Shown here: positions 14,226 to 33,480 of the stretch, piece by piece
How positions within the stretch are numbered: position 1 is the first letter of the stretch
How the letters are laid out: the number at the start of each line of letters is the position of its first letter
Assembly (NCBI RefSeq): GCF_009914755.1
Contig: NC_060930.1
DNA: 64,000 bases
Direction: 5' to 3' (one strand)
DNA from: the human T2T-CHM13v2.0 reference genome, Homo sapiens
Notes under the pieces: model-generated
What the model was told of the DNA's origin: nothing
The model's database searches: none
What the model saw: the letters and a program-made list of their open reading frames with translations, nothing else
Translations under genes and position numbers: made by a program

Positions 14226-14376
14226 TTTTCTTATTGGCCCTAAATCGTGCCTAATTAAAATTCTGACCTCCACAAACTAGTCCTCTTCCTAAAGAGACAG
14301 AACATAAACAGGAAAAATCAACTAATTGCTACAAAAACTGCTTTTGTGGCACTGTAATTGGACCTCAGTGAAACAA
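14226..14376 (+). repeat. Unique 151-bp segment, donor copy of local duplication
   Basis: 150/151 identical to 15764-15914. Confidence 0.97.
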
Positions 14377-15069
14377 ATGAACCCACTGGGGATTCCTTAA
14401 TGAATGTTTAACTGCAAACGGTAGTCGGGCACTTAAGCAGCTAGGCTGATGGTCCCTAATGAAATCAAATAAAATCAAATAAAAGAATCTGGCATTTTTA
14501 CTAACCAGATTTCTTGGCACTATGACATGAAGAATAATGTATTTCTTAGTACATAAATATGGGAAAAGTTATAAAGGGAGCAGTGAAAACTTAGTTGAAA
14601 TTGCTCAGATTACACTTAGAAAAATACAACCCACAAGAAGAAAAAAAAAGGCAACACCTCAACAAAATGACATTCTGTTTAATTTCACACATGGATCTCT
14701 CTGTCATGAAAGTCACTTCAGGGAAATGCTGAACTGGAGTTGTACCATATTCTTATTGACACTTTTAATTTAAGGAAAGGTGCAATTTCTTTGCTTTATC
14801 TTTCTTTTTGAGAAATTTTCAGTCCAAAAGATAACATTTTTAAATTGACACACATTAACATCATGGTTGAAAATTTTGTCCATGTGCTTCCTCAGGGGAA
14901 CGATGACTTTCTAATTTATTATTCCCTTGGCTAATACATGGTAAACAAATTCTAATAACAGTGAGATAGTGCTCTAACTTCAACTTTTCCTGATTATATC
15001 AATTTTAAAGAAAACCTTAATAAATTATTATTATCATTACAAATAATGTAATGATCTCTATCCACCGGT

Positions 15070-15708
15070 TGTGCTGAGCTGGTAATACTCACTAACATTT
15101 GCATGCTTCCCCGCTTCCTGGGCATCTTGTTAGTTGCAGCCACCTTTGCATTGAAGTGGGGGCCAGATGGTAACTTCTGGCAATGAGACGTAAGAAGAAT
15201 TGATGTACATCACTTCTAAGACTGGCCCATACAACATCGCCAAGATCCTCCATGTGGTCTTTGTCTTTTGCTATTGCCCGCTGGACGGCTGCAGAAAGCT
15301 GTGGAGCTGTAGGGAATGGATAACTAGAGTAAAAATAGAAGATCTCAGATTGTGACCCTCCAATCCTGCAACAGCATTATCTGGAAACTTGTTAGAAATG
15401 CATATTTTCAGGTCCCAACCCATACCTACTGACTCAGAAACTCTGGGAGGACATCCAACTATCTGCTTTAACAAGGCCTCCAGGTGATTCTGATGCATAC
15501 TAAAGTTCGAGTACCAATGCCCCGAAGATAATACAAATTAGAGAAACTGAGGTCCCTGAATAAATATACAGAGGAGAAACCAACCATTACATTCCCCCAA
15601 GTCATTGAATAGTGGTATGGGCAATAAGTAACCCTCGATTTTGTTAAAATGCTGAAAGTTTAAGGTTGACTATTGTAGAAATGAACATATTTTGCCTTCA
15701 GTAACACA
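15070..15708 (+). mobile_element. Old MLT1 (H/J-like) LTR interrupted by MER5A
   Basis: cacctttgcattgaagtgggggccagatggtaacttctggcaatgagacgtaagaagaa resembles MLT1; 3' part resumes after 15520. Confidence 0.6.
15343..15520 (+). mobile_element. MER5A hAT-Charlie MITE
   Basis: ggaaacttgttagaaatgca...tactgactcagaaactctggg...ccaggtgattctgatgca; explains ORF 15271..15498. Confidence 0.88.
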
Positions 15709-15734
15709 TCAATAAAGAAACCTTTCACCTAAAA

Positions 15735-16065
15735 TAGCTCATTTTAATCCTGACAGGCTTTTATTTTCTTATTGGCCCTAAATCGTGCCTAATTAAAATT
15801 CTGACCTCCACAAACTAGTACTCTTCCTAAAGAGACAGAACATAAACAGGAAAAATCAACTAATTGCTACAAAAACTGCTTTTGTGGCACTGTAATTGGA
15901 CCTCAGTGAAACAAGGTCCAATATTAAGTATTGGACCAACATTAAATATTAATATATTAAAAAAATAGTTTTTTAAAACTATTAAAACAGTTTTTTTTTA
16001 ATATCCACATTTTGAAATTGAGGAAACTAATGTCCAAGTTAAACAATTTAACCAAAATTACGCTA
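15735..16065 (-). mobile_element. MIR fragment split by the duplicated segment
   Basis: ctcattttaatcctgaca on the left and atatccacattttgaaattgaggaaactaa on the right are consecutive antisense MIR motifs. Confidence 0.55.
15764..15914 (+). repeat. Derived copy of the 151-bp local duplication
   Basis: Single mismatch (C14282 vs A15820), constant offset 1538. Confidence 0.97.
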
Positions 16066-16349
16066 CCATTTTGTACCACAGCATGCAGTAAGCACATACA
16101 TAAACAATATACAGTCAGTGCCTGATGGAAGACCTCACTATGGAATTTTCAACATGACACTTCATATGTTATTTCTTTATAAATATTGTTGTTTCCCTTT
16201 CCCTTCATTAGGTATTTGGTAGTAATTAAACCACTTCTGTATAATTTTGAATATTTCTGTATCATTTATTATTTATAGCCTTGCATCAATCAAAAATGTA
16301 TTGGGCACTTACCATTTTCTGGGCATTATTCAGCAAATGACTCCTTTCT

Positions 16350-16843
16350 TATGGAAGCGTCTAGAATATGCCACCCCAAAATATGCCATTGTGGTATAAG
16401 AATTATCTTGAGCTGAAGGCAACTGAAAATTTTTATCATTCCCTTATCTAACTAAAAACAAGGAAATAGTTTTCTTTGTGAAGGCGCCCCACCTGTACCA
16501 GAAAGAGAAGAGCTGAGGCTAAGAGTTGACAATGAAGTGAGTCTACGGAAACAGACCTTATTAAAACACTCCATTATCTTCCATTAATTTTCCCCATATA
16601 TTTTCTAGGAAATACACTTTCCCACAATTTATCATCCGTCAAAGCCCAAATCGGCTTTTCATTTTTTAAATGGTATATATGCTTTTGAGTCTTTGCATTT
16701 CTCTCCTTTTCTGCAAACTCTCATGCATGTAAATTTTGATGAAAATTGTATGCCCTTTCTCCTGTTAATCTCTCTTCTGTTAGTTTAATGTGTAGGCCCC
16801 CAGGGATAAACTCAAAGGGTAGAAAAGTTTTTCCTCCCCAACA
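16350..16843 (+). mobile_element. MER34-family ERV1 solo LTR
   Basis: agaatatgccaccccaaaatatgcc...gagctgaaggcaactga...tctcctgttaatct...gaaaagtttttcctccccaaca. Confidence 0.75.
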
Positions 16844-16949
16844 CTCACATCTATTTATACACTATACTCATTTCACTGAAGTTGAAAAGATTGTGCCAAT
16901 AGCTTTATCTCAGTCATGACGTGGAGAATATTTTACAAATGCTTATATG

Positions 16950-17138
16950 ATTTAGCATAGAGCAGGGTATTATGGAAAAAAATCAACAGGCCTATTTTTA
17001 TGTATTTTGGTTTTGCCACAGACTAGCTGTGCAAACTTCAGGAAGTCCTTTTAGATCCTGGCTTTTAACATCTTTAAATGCAAAATTAGAGTTTATAGTA
17101 AATAAGTTCTAAAATCTCTTCCACCTGTATGATTCTAA
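16950..17138 (+). mobile_element. MIR (MIR3/MIRc-like)
   Basis: ttttgccacagactagctgtgcaaacttcaggaagtc...tctaaaatctcttccacctgtatgattcta. Confidence 0.55.
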
Positions 17139-17474
17139 TCCAAACATCCTAAATTTGCAATTCTGGTAGGATAGGAAAGATTGTGTTCAGTGGTTCATTC
17201 TCCCGCCACCCCCTTTAGAAAAGAAAAACAAAACGATTTTGTTACCTTGGCATGCTGAGAGTGTTACAGAAGACCTTGATGGAATCCAGAATAGTAACCC
17301 CCAATATCTTTGCTATTGCAAATTATATTACATGGAGGTAGTAAATATTCCAATGATTTTAAGCATAATCAGCCAATCAGAATAACTAACTGCTTCAGTA
17401 TTAGCGTGGTGACCACCTGGGGTTATGCACTATAGAATCCTGCAAACAAGGTCACTGAGAGTCATTGTAGTCAT

Positions 17475-17625
17475 ACCAAAGTCCTGGGTTCCAACTGCAA
17501 TTCCCCCAACTGAGGCAAGTTACATAAATGCTGAAGGCTCATTTACCTCATTTTCTAAATAAGCACATTAATAATATATACCTCACTTGCTTGTTGTCAG
17601 GCTCAAATGGGAGATATATATAATG
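17475..17625 (+). mobile_element. MIR
   Basis: cctgggttcca...ggcaagttacataa...ctcatttacctcattt. Confidence 0.55.
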
Positions 17626-18418
17626 GCTTTTTATTAACTGCAATATCCTATTTGCATGTGAGTCTCTACAGATATAGTTTAATTTTCCCTTCAAAATCTG
17701 AAATTTGGATAAAATAGAATACTAAGTCTGCAATAACAATAGACCCTCTGATTCAGATTAATTTTAGAGATCAGTTGGTTAGTAACCCAACTTACTGAGT
17801 TAATTTAAAGATACAGTTTATTATTTTCTGAGTGCATCTAGTACTTGAAATAACTGCTAGCAAATTGTGTTCAAGTAGATATCCTTTGGGACTACTTAAA
17901 TAAATAGTTAAGACTCATTTGAAATTAACAGCTTTCATTTGCATACAAACAAAATAATGTGTTAAAGCCTTTAAAAACTGTTCAGTGGTATGAATTTAAA
18001 TTCCGGGCCCTAAGGAACGGTATGTACACCTGTAATTCATTGAAGCCTAGCTGTTTACCTGTAGCTCGGAGCCACAAACTCATTTCTTTAAGCAGAGAAC
18101 TGGTCCAGGAAAATATATCTTCCAGGCTTCTAGAACCCAATGCACTTTTTCTGTTTCTTAGTGTCTTGGTTCTCAATTTCATTCTTCTCCTCTGGTTTCC
18201 TATCATTTATAGAGGTATGGGTAGAGTTCAGGGTCTGTGGCAAAGAATTGCAGCAGGATTTTCAACACAGATGAGATGTTAACTGAAGCAGCAAACCCTC
18301 CTACCTGCATAGCCATCATCTCCTACTGCCCCACCCACTTACTTCTGATTGACTAAAAATTTCTGAGCCTTTAGACTCTATCTTATCCCACATCCTTGGG
18401 GATTGAAAATTACTTGCT

Positions 18419-18739
<321 letters not shown>

Positions 18740-20658
18740 TTAGGGTTTAAAATGACATCTGATCTCTAGCTCACAACTCTTCCATCCATTAAGTCCTGTA
18801 TATTGAAGAGATATTACTGCTGTTAGTATTAGTATTGCAATGCTACTTAAGGCACTTTGATCTCAAGAGTGACAAGTACTGAGGAATTTTCGTTGAAGGG
18901 TACTAAAGTCTACAATAGGAATGACAGGTTACCATGGTAACAAGGACTCTTAATTTGATATAGGGAAATTCAAAAATATTACCTGGAGGGAGTAATGATA
19001 AGAGCTAAGCAAAGATCTGAAAGATATTTAAGAGTTATTTGGGTAAATGAAGTGGCAAACATGGTGTCTTCCAGCATACGTGGAATCTCAGTGGCAAGAG
19101 AAAGTATGTATACTGCAAGTATTTCAGTAAAGCTAGAGCTCCTCCCATCACTACATAAAAATCTTCACAAAGGCAGTGAAAGGCTTTCTTCCTTGGATGT
19201 GAGTTCTGCTTCTTGAGATGGAAAGAGTAGTGTTACCCACTCCACTCCATCTGAACTTATGTTCATAAAGAAATATTCCTAGAAAAAACTGTAAAAGTAG
19301 TTCTTTAGGGAGAAAAGACTATGTCCTGGGAGTCTCCATAATTAAAATGTTGACACAATGAAGATTTAGAGATAACAAGAACTCTGGTCTCAGCATACGC
19401 TTGTGATGAAAGGATATCTGAATCACACTAGTGATTCAGGGTCCCAGGTGTCCCAACAATGGCTTCAAATGATGCCAGGCTAATCTGCAAAGTTGAGTTA
19501 AAACCTGATATTTTAGTTTGAATTATTCACATGAATTACACTCTGGCTAAAGATCTGTGAAAGAGATTCCGTCAACCATCATGGACCTACCGTAAAATCA
19601 AAGTATATATGCTTCCTATGTGATGAGTAAGGTATTCAGATAGGTTTGGTTTTTTACCTCATGCAAAGATATGTTTTAGAAAGAATAAAACTTAGAATAT
19701 GGAAAATTATAAAAATGAAATCAGCATTCTAAAGCCTCAAAGAAAAAACAAATTTGAAAAAGCTTTACTGAATCAAACAGATAACACTTTTGAAGGCATT
19801 TTCAACTGGATACAAAAAGTCACAATATGAAAACAAAAAATAAAGCAGCAGATAGTGCTAAAGACAGAAAAGCATAAGGTAAAAAGACAAGCAGACGAGA
19901 AGCAAAAACGAGGTCATAGGAGAAGGGTTCTGAATGAACAACCAAGAGAAAACCAAAATTACAATACTAGAATTAAAATATGCATTGAAGATAGCAAAGA
20001 AAAGAAATAACTACAAAAAAGCAAAAATTTAGACACAAACCTGTGACAATCTTTCTAATGAAGAAAATAAAGGACAAATAGTAAAGTGATGAGATCAAAA
20101 TGACAGCTTTACAAGTCACAAACTAATCTTAAAACAGTAAATAAAAAAGATCATCAGGGCTAAAAAAATAACCTGCAGATGCAAATAGAAAGATTCATAG
20201 TATTTATTCACATACATATGAAAGAAATTATGTCAGGTAAATGTTGAATTATAAGACTGAAGAACAAATCCTTAAGTTCTTAAGGTAGAAAAAAACAAAA
20301 ACAAAACAAACAAACACAAAACTGCTACCATATACAAAGTACAAAACATCAAACCGGAATAACAATGCTTCTATACAACTCTGAGAGCTAAAATATAATA
20401 AAGCATTATTTCAGAATTTCGAGGAAAGAGACAATATTCTAATAACTTTAAATCCAGAAATAATGTATTTTCTTTTTAAAGACATAGTAAAGAAATAGTT
20501 CAACATACAGGAGGCCAGAAAATATGTTACATGTACATACATGTCATTTTGAATATATATATATATATATGACTTGAAGATGGATATATACATATATGAC
20601 TTGAAGATGGATACCTGTGAATTGAGAGAAATACAATTTAAGTGCTCAGACATTCTAG

Positions 20659-20965
<307 letters not shown>

Positions 20966-21229
20966 TCTATCTTCTTTAGTAATTAGTTCAATGCCATGTG
21001 TTAGGCAACAAAATACAAAAATGTTTATGAATAGATACAAAAATATTTTTTAATTTAATAGAAAATACTCATTTTTTAAAGGCAATATATGGATGGAAAT
21101 AAAATCTCTGTAAATTCTAAGATTAAAACATATGAACAATCATATCTGACAGCAATTCATCAAAATTATAATTACTATTATCTACTTTTAAGTAATCAAC
21201 ATAAAAATACTGTCTATGAAAACTAATAC

Positions 21230-21536
21230 GCCGGGTGCAGTGGCTCACGCCTGTAATCCCAGCACTTTGAGAGGCCAAGGCGGGTGAATCACCTGAGGTC
21301 AGGAGTTCGAGACCAGTCTGGCCAACATGGTGAAACCAAGTCTCTGCTAAAAATACAAAAATTAGCCTAGCATGGTGGTGCGTGCCTGTAATCCCAGCTA
21401 CTGGGGAGGCTGAGTCATGAGAATGGCTTGAACCCAGGAGGCAGAGGTTGCAGTGAGCTGAGATCTCGCCACTGCACTCCAACTTGGGTGACTGAGCAAG
21501 ACACCGTCTCAAAAACAAACAAACAAAACCAAAAAC
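21230..21536 (+). mobile_element. AluS (Sx/Sz-like)
   Basis: Full dimer with (CAAA)n tail. Confidence 0.96.
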
Positions 21537-22227
21537 ACTGATGGTGTGATGCCACAATTACACTTAGAAAAAATTCACTGATTTATTTGTAAAATTTAAT
21601 GGGAAAGTGGAAATCCTCATTGGAACAGATCCCTGAAAAATATATTTAATTAAATGTACACTAAAATATCTCAATAGATAAAAATCAATCAATAAATAAA
21701 TTCACAGATGCTTATATCATAACCTCTTCAAAATACTTAGTATGCTTTATTCAATATTCTAGAGAATTATAAGAAACTGAATGCTACCTAATTCAGAATT
21801 CATAGGCACCTAAGCCTAAGACTGACTAACAAAAGGCCAAAGTTCAAGACTGATTATAAAAGTAAATATTCTAATAACATAACACCAAATCAGTATATAG
21901 TACTCACAAAATATAATCAACTAAGAACAAAAAAGTGTAGAATATTTATTAAATGTAACTTACATTAATGTAAAGGTAAAATAGAAGTAATTTTATAATT
22001 ACGGAAATTTAGAAAATGTATCACTCACAGTTCTTTGAAACTTTACTGGAATTTATTCTCAGGAAGAAGAAAATGAGTTTAGGAGGAAATGAGATAGAAG
22101 ATGCAAGGTGAATAGTAATTAGTACAACTTATTTTTAAAAACTGTCTAATGGCTGGAATTAAAAAATGACAATCTATAAGTAAAATTTCTGATTTGGAAC
22201 AGAAATAGATATAAAAAAAAAGAAGAG

Positions 22228-22381
22228 GATTCTGTTGGCACCTTGATTTTTGACCCAGGGATACTGATTTTGGACTTCTGGACTCTAGAACTGCAACAGA
22301 ATAAACCGTTATTGAGCATAAATTGTAAAAAGCCACTAAGTCTGTGGTGATTTGTTACAGCAGCCGCAGGAAACGAGTACA
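22228..22381 (+). mobile_element. MLT1 LTR 3' fragment
   Basis: gattttggacttctggactctagaactg...aagccactaagtctgtggtgatttgttacagcagc...taca. Confidence 0.8.
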
Positions 22382-25239
22382 GAAATCAGTGAATACTTTT
22401 TTTTTCCTTATAAAAAGAAAAATCCATCCCCAAACTACATCAATACAATGAATCAAACAACATAGCCTCAAAAATATGTAAAGTAAAAATTAACAAAAAC
22501 ACAAGGGAAAATTGATAAGGACAAAATCAAAATAAGAAAATAGCAAGGTTTCTCTCTCAGAAAGTTCAGTTAACTTAAGAAAGTTACAATTTAAGATTTA
22601 ATTCCCATGATGAAAAAGCCTACTCTATTAGAGGTACATAGAACCTTATACCCAGAAAAAAATCATTCGTTTCAATTACATATGGAACCATTTATAAAAA
22701 TTGTCATGTAACTGACCACAAAGGAAGTCCAAACCAGATTTATATTTTGCAAATCACATTTCTAGTCACAATACAATTAAATCAGAAATTAACTTTGAAA
22801 GGTAATTGAAATACAACCTTACAATTAAAAAGTGTAAACACGATTCCAAATAATTTATGGGATAATTTTTCAAATGCAAACATTATGGAATATTTAAGAT
22901 TTAATGCCAACCAAAGCATATATATTAAAACTTGTAAAAGATAAGCATAAAATCACCTATATGGGAATTTGTACTCTTAATACATTTAATTAAATGAAAG
23001 AAAGATTTAAAATGATTACTCTAGCATCTATATCAAGACACTATAAAAAAGAACAAAATGAAAAAATTAATTCAAATAAAATCGAAAGTAAGTACCATTA
23101 AGGTAAAATAAAGAACGTTAAATGTATATAAAAACAATATCAACAATACAAAAGACAGGTTTTTGAAAATACCTGAAATAGACAGAATGGAAACACTGAT
23201 TGAGAAAAAATAACAAATAAATATATTACAGATGAAAATAGAATTAACTCTAATTGCAGTAAAGAGTAAAAGTGTATGTAATTCCATGAAAAGCTGTATG
23301 CCAATATATTTGAATTCAAAAATGAAATGACAATTTTCTAGAAAATAAAATTTTCTGCAATGATAAAGGAAGAAGAAATACTGGAAATACAAATATATAT
23401 TTAAAGAATACAAATGTCTATCAAAAATACTTCACCCACAATTTTCTAAAAGTGACCAAGTGGATTTTATAGGGAAATTTTACAAAATTTTCAAGGAATA
23501 AACAATCGCTAACACAGACTATGTGAGAATAAAGGCTAAATAAGTCAGTCTACATGGTCCATTACATGAAGTCATTGGAAATATTAAAAGAAATTCAAAC
23601 AATAAAATGTGACCTAGGAGAAATTATACTAGGAAGTCTACGATGGTTCAACTTATCACTGCAGTGATGGCTAAAAAGACAACAAACCAAGGGTAATAGT
23701 TTCAACAGACACAGAAAGTAAATATCGCATAAACTGCAACATCTACTCATAAAAATGGCCTTCCGATACAGTTACATGAAGAGAGACCTTTCATAATCTG
23801 AGTTAAATTTACCTAGTAAACATCCATACATATATTGTACTTCATGGCAGAGTTTGAGAAATACTTTCTATTTATCATTGTACTGAAGATCTTAGTCAGT
23901 GAAACCAAAGAAGAGAAAAAAATTGGAAAGAAAAATTAAAAATTGTTGTTTTAGGGCAGATATGATTTTGACATAGGAAATCCAAGAGAATCAATGATAA
24001 ATACTGAATTAATAAGAGTTCATCAAGATTGTTAGGTATAAGATCAACCTAAAAATCATTAGCATTAAGAAAATGTAATAAACAGAATTATTTTTGTTAT
24101 CTCATTGGGTTTTGGGTGCCAGTGTACTAGGCCAAACAGTGGCCTTCCCTGAGACTCTTCACTGAGAAATCTCTTGTATTGCAACCCTTTCAGTTTGAAA
24201 AAGGGTTAAAAAACTCTGAAACAGCACAGCTAAGTATATTTAATTAAAAAAAATAACTGACTTCTGAAATTCTACTTGATTCTTAAGAATTATTTTCGAA
24301 AAGATAATGGTAAATACCAGCTCAACAAACTTCATTGCATATCTCTTCCTAGAGTGCAATAATTATTTGTGACTACAATGCCTATTTCACATAGATGGAG
24401 AAAAGTTTACATTGTGGTCAGCTAAATACCATGATTGCCTTCAGAACAGTAAATAGTAGTTCATTTTTGGATGTCTCTTTGATCTAGTTTAGAGGCTGAA
24501 CTGATGACTCATGCATATCTGGCCTTTCTTCTTTAGCAATGGTCCTTCAAATATCTCTGACTTTCTGTGATTGAAATCATCAAAGGCAATTGTTTATGGT
24601 ATTTTAAAGTGCAGAGATATCAATGGATGGATAAGCAAGTGTATTTAATGTGGTGTGTTCTCAAGATGGCTTAGTAATGACTTTTGAAGATACTTTCCTG
24701 ATGTGTAACTTTGTGATCATCAAACAACATTTAAACAGTGGAAATGCTGACATGACTATTTGCTATCTCAATAAGCAGATCTTACTCTATAATTATCAAG
24801 TGCTCTTTTTCTTGTCATATTAATGTAAAAGATAAATTTAAGGTTAGTCCTAGTAGCTTTCATTTATATGTACACAGTGTTTATAAAATCTTTGTGATAT
24901 GTGCATGGTGTTTATAAAATCTTTGTGATGGATTTCACGAATGATAGGCAAAAACCTCTAAATGAAACTTACTGACACATCAGTTACAATATTAATAATT
25001 TTCTATCAATAATGTTAAATAATAAAACTCATTTAAGTGGATATTTTCTTTCTTTGCTAGCAACAGTATCAGAGAAAAGTATCAAGGAAGGACTAGAACC
25101 TTGTCTGTCACTTGCTGTACCCCACCTATCTTCAAATCCAGTTGACTCCAAGTGAACTCTGCAAAATTCCCAGGTTCCTAAATGGGAAATAACTATTATT
25201 AATAATTAATGATTATAATTTTAACTTCTAGATATTTAT

Positions 25240-25539
<300 letters not shown>

Positions 25540-25799
25540 TAGATATTTATATAGATAGATCTAGATACTCATGCATTTCACAGAATTTTTAAAAATTATG
25601 TCCATTGTACTATTTTGCATACTTCAATGCATGAAATATATATATGAAAATAAAAACTACATATATGATTCTGCTGTATTCTTTTTCTATTATATTGGAA
25701 TATGTATATATGCTCTAATATATAATATATATTACATATATATAATCAGAATCTGATATATATATCAAAATCAAATCCAGTATAGATTATATACATAAT

Positions 25800-26348
25800 C
25801 TATACCAACAAGCCACTAGAAATTTGGATGTATAAAACAACAGACACATTTAACACCTTGGGAGTCCAGGTGAGGTTTATTGAAGTCCTCTGCCAGGCTG
25901 CAATCAAAGTGTGGGCCTGAGCCGAGTTCTCAACTGGAGGCTTCACTGGGGAAAGCTGTGCTTCCAAACTCACTCAAGTGTTGCCAGAATTCAATTCCTT
26001 GTGACTGTAAGTTTGGGAACTCTAGCTCTTGTTGGGTGGAAGCTGGAAGCTGTCCTCAGCACCTAGTCGTAGGCCTGGGCTTCCTGCCACACGGGCCTCC
26101 TGACATGGTCACTTATTATACTTCTTCAAAGCCAGCAAGGGAGACAGTGTCTAGAGGCAGTCATCTAGCAAGATGGAGACTTACAACATGAGGCACATAC
26201 AAGAGTGACCTCCCATCGTCTTTGAGGCATTCTATTTCTTGTAAGTATATCATAGATCCTGACGCTATTCAAGGTGTGGGGGGATACAGAAAACATAGAT
26301 ACCAAGAGGTAGGGATCATGGGGCCCTCATTAGAATGGGTCCATCACA
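25800..26348 (-). mobile_element. MLT1F-like MaLR LTR
   Basis: ggctgcaatcaaagtgt...tgcttccaaactcactca...agaattcaattccttgtgactgta...accaagaggtagggatcatgggg. Confidence 0.75.
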
Positions 26349-26850
26349 TCTGTTGAACTCAGTACTTGCTTCCATTTAAACCTGGTTGTCTTGGGATTAA
26401 TTAGCAACAAGTCCAGTACTTCACATCCTATTGAGTAAAGCATGTCACATGTTAATCTCAAAGAGATAGGAACATGTATTCTCAAACAATGAATTAGAAA
26501 GTCATACATCCATGAGAATCCTACTACACAAAAGAAACAAATCACTGGGGAAAACAAGCTAGTCTATTGTAATTCACATGTATGTATGTAATGCATAAGG
26601 AAGTTTGATAATGCTTTTTTGGTAAGTAAATCATTGATATGGAAATAATTTTCAAATTATTAATTGTACATGGAATCTTTATTTTCAAAAACTAATGTAT
26701 TTAAAGGTTTTGAAAAACTTTATCTTAATAACTATCTTTGAATTCATTGAAATACAGTGAGGTGCATCGTGAACAGATTTTTTTTTCAACTTAGGATGCA
26801 GTTAAATAAGTTATCTATAGCCTTCTTTGAGCTGTACCCTTTCACCCGTA

Positions 26851-27145
26851 TTTCTTCTTCTTTTTTTTTTTTTTGAGACAGAGCCTCCCTCTGGAGCGAA
26901 GTGGCATAATCTCGGCTCACTGCAACCTCTGCCTCCCAGGTTCAAGCGATTCTCATGTCTCGGCCTCTTGAGTAACTGGGATTACAGGCAAGTGCCACCA
27001 CACCCAGCTAATTTTTTGTATTTTTAGTAGAGATGGGGTTTCACCATGTTGGCCAGGCTGGTCTTGAACTCCTGAGCTCAGGCAATCCACCCACCTCGGC
27101 CTCCCAAACTGCTAGGATTACAGGCATGAGCCACTGTGCCTGGCC
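26851..27145 (-). mobile_element. AluS with small internal deletion
   Basis: T-tail to tggcc; segment after gagacagag is shortened. Confidence 0.95.
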
Positions 27146-27154
27146 ACATTTCTT

Positions 27155-29490
<2,336 letters not shown>

Positions 29491-30435
29491 TATTATGTTT
29501 AAAAACTTGACCTAAACTTGTTTAACTACATTAGAATATTTCAAAATGATACATATAAGTGAATAATTTACTATGTGATCAATTTTATATAAACTATGTA
29601 ATGAAACATTATAGACTATGGAATGACTGTAACAAAATATTGTACCTAGAACAATATTTTGGGTTGCCTGTTTCATGTGCATGTTTTCAATCACTTTCTT
29701 GGTGCACAGCAACCCTTTTCCCCTTTGGTAACTTCTCTGTGACCACTCAGCGAAGGTAGCCGTAGGGCCTAACTGATGAGGCTTGGGCTATAGGCTTCAA
29801 TAAAATAACATCTAGTTTTTAAGAACTAGCCTGCATAGAAAAATACGTATTTTTCCTATTTTAAAAATAGACATATTTTAAATATTTTTTAAAATAGAAT
29901 ATTTTAAAAGATATCCAAATACCAAATATATTAATGCAGTTAGGTTTTACATGAGAGATGAGACCCACATAGCAGGCTTTTTTATTTTCAAAAAGTCACA
30001 AGTAAATAATCTGTCTAATCCTCTATTAATTCTAGATATTAATAGTTCAATATAATCTATTAATTCCAATATTACTTTGAATACATCTTTCAATGTCATC
30101 CTTTAGCTTTACCACAGATTCAGACATCTTTTGGAATTATTTCTGGCTATGGGACATCAGGCCAGATAGGTTTGTATGTAACTCCACAAGAGATAATATA
30201 CTTAAAAAACTCTGGGTCTGAGAGCTAATGAAAGGAATGATACTAAATGACTGCCTAGAGTTATCAGTTTGAGTATCAATGCTCTCTGTTCCTTTGATCT
30301 CTTCTTTTCCATGTTTTATTCTTAACTGACCTAGAAAGGAAAAAAGAGAAAAAAATAAAAGGTGTGTCTATTTGGGTTAGAGGATTGGTGAGTCATCTCT
30401 ATGGGTTCAGCCAGCGTAACTGCCTTTTAAACAAA

Positions 30436-30930
<495 letters not shown>

Positions 30931-31129
30931 TTTATAAACTATTTTATAAACAAATGTTCTTCTCTAGTTCTAGACGATTTCTTAGTTAATTCACTCTTTT
31001 AAAAAAAATATACACTTGTTTTTGTTCTATGCTTAAAATGGTTGCGTTAAAACATCTTAAAAATAGGTAAAAAATTATCCCAAATCCCACCTTCAGTGAT
31101 AACTACTATTTCCCCTATAACAATAGTAA

Positions 31130-33480
<2,351 letters not shown>

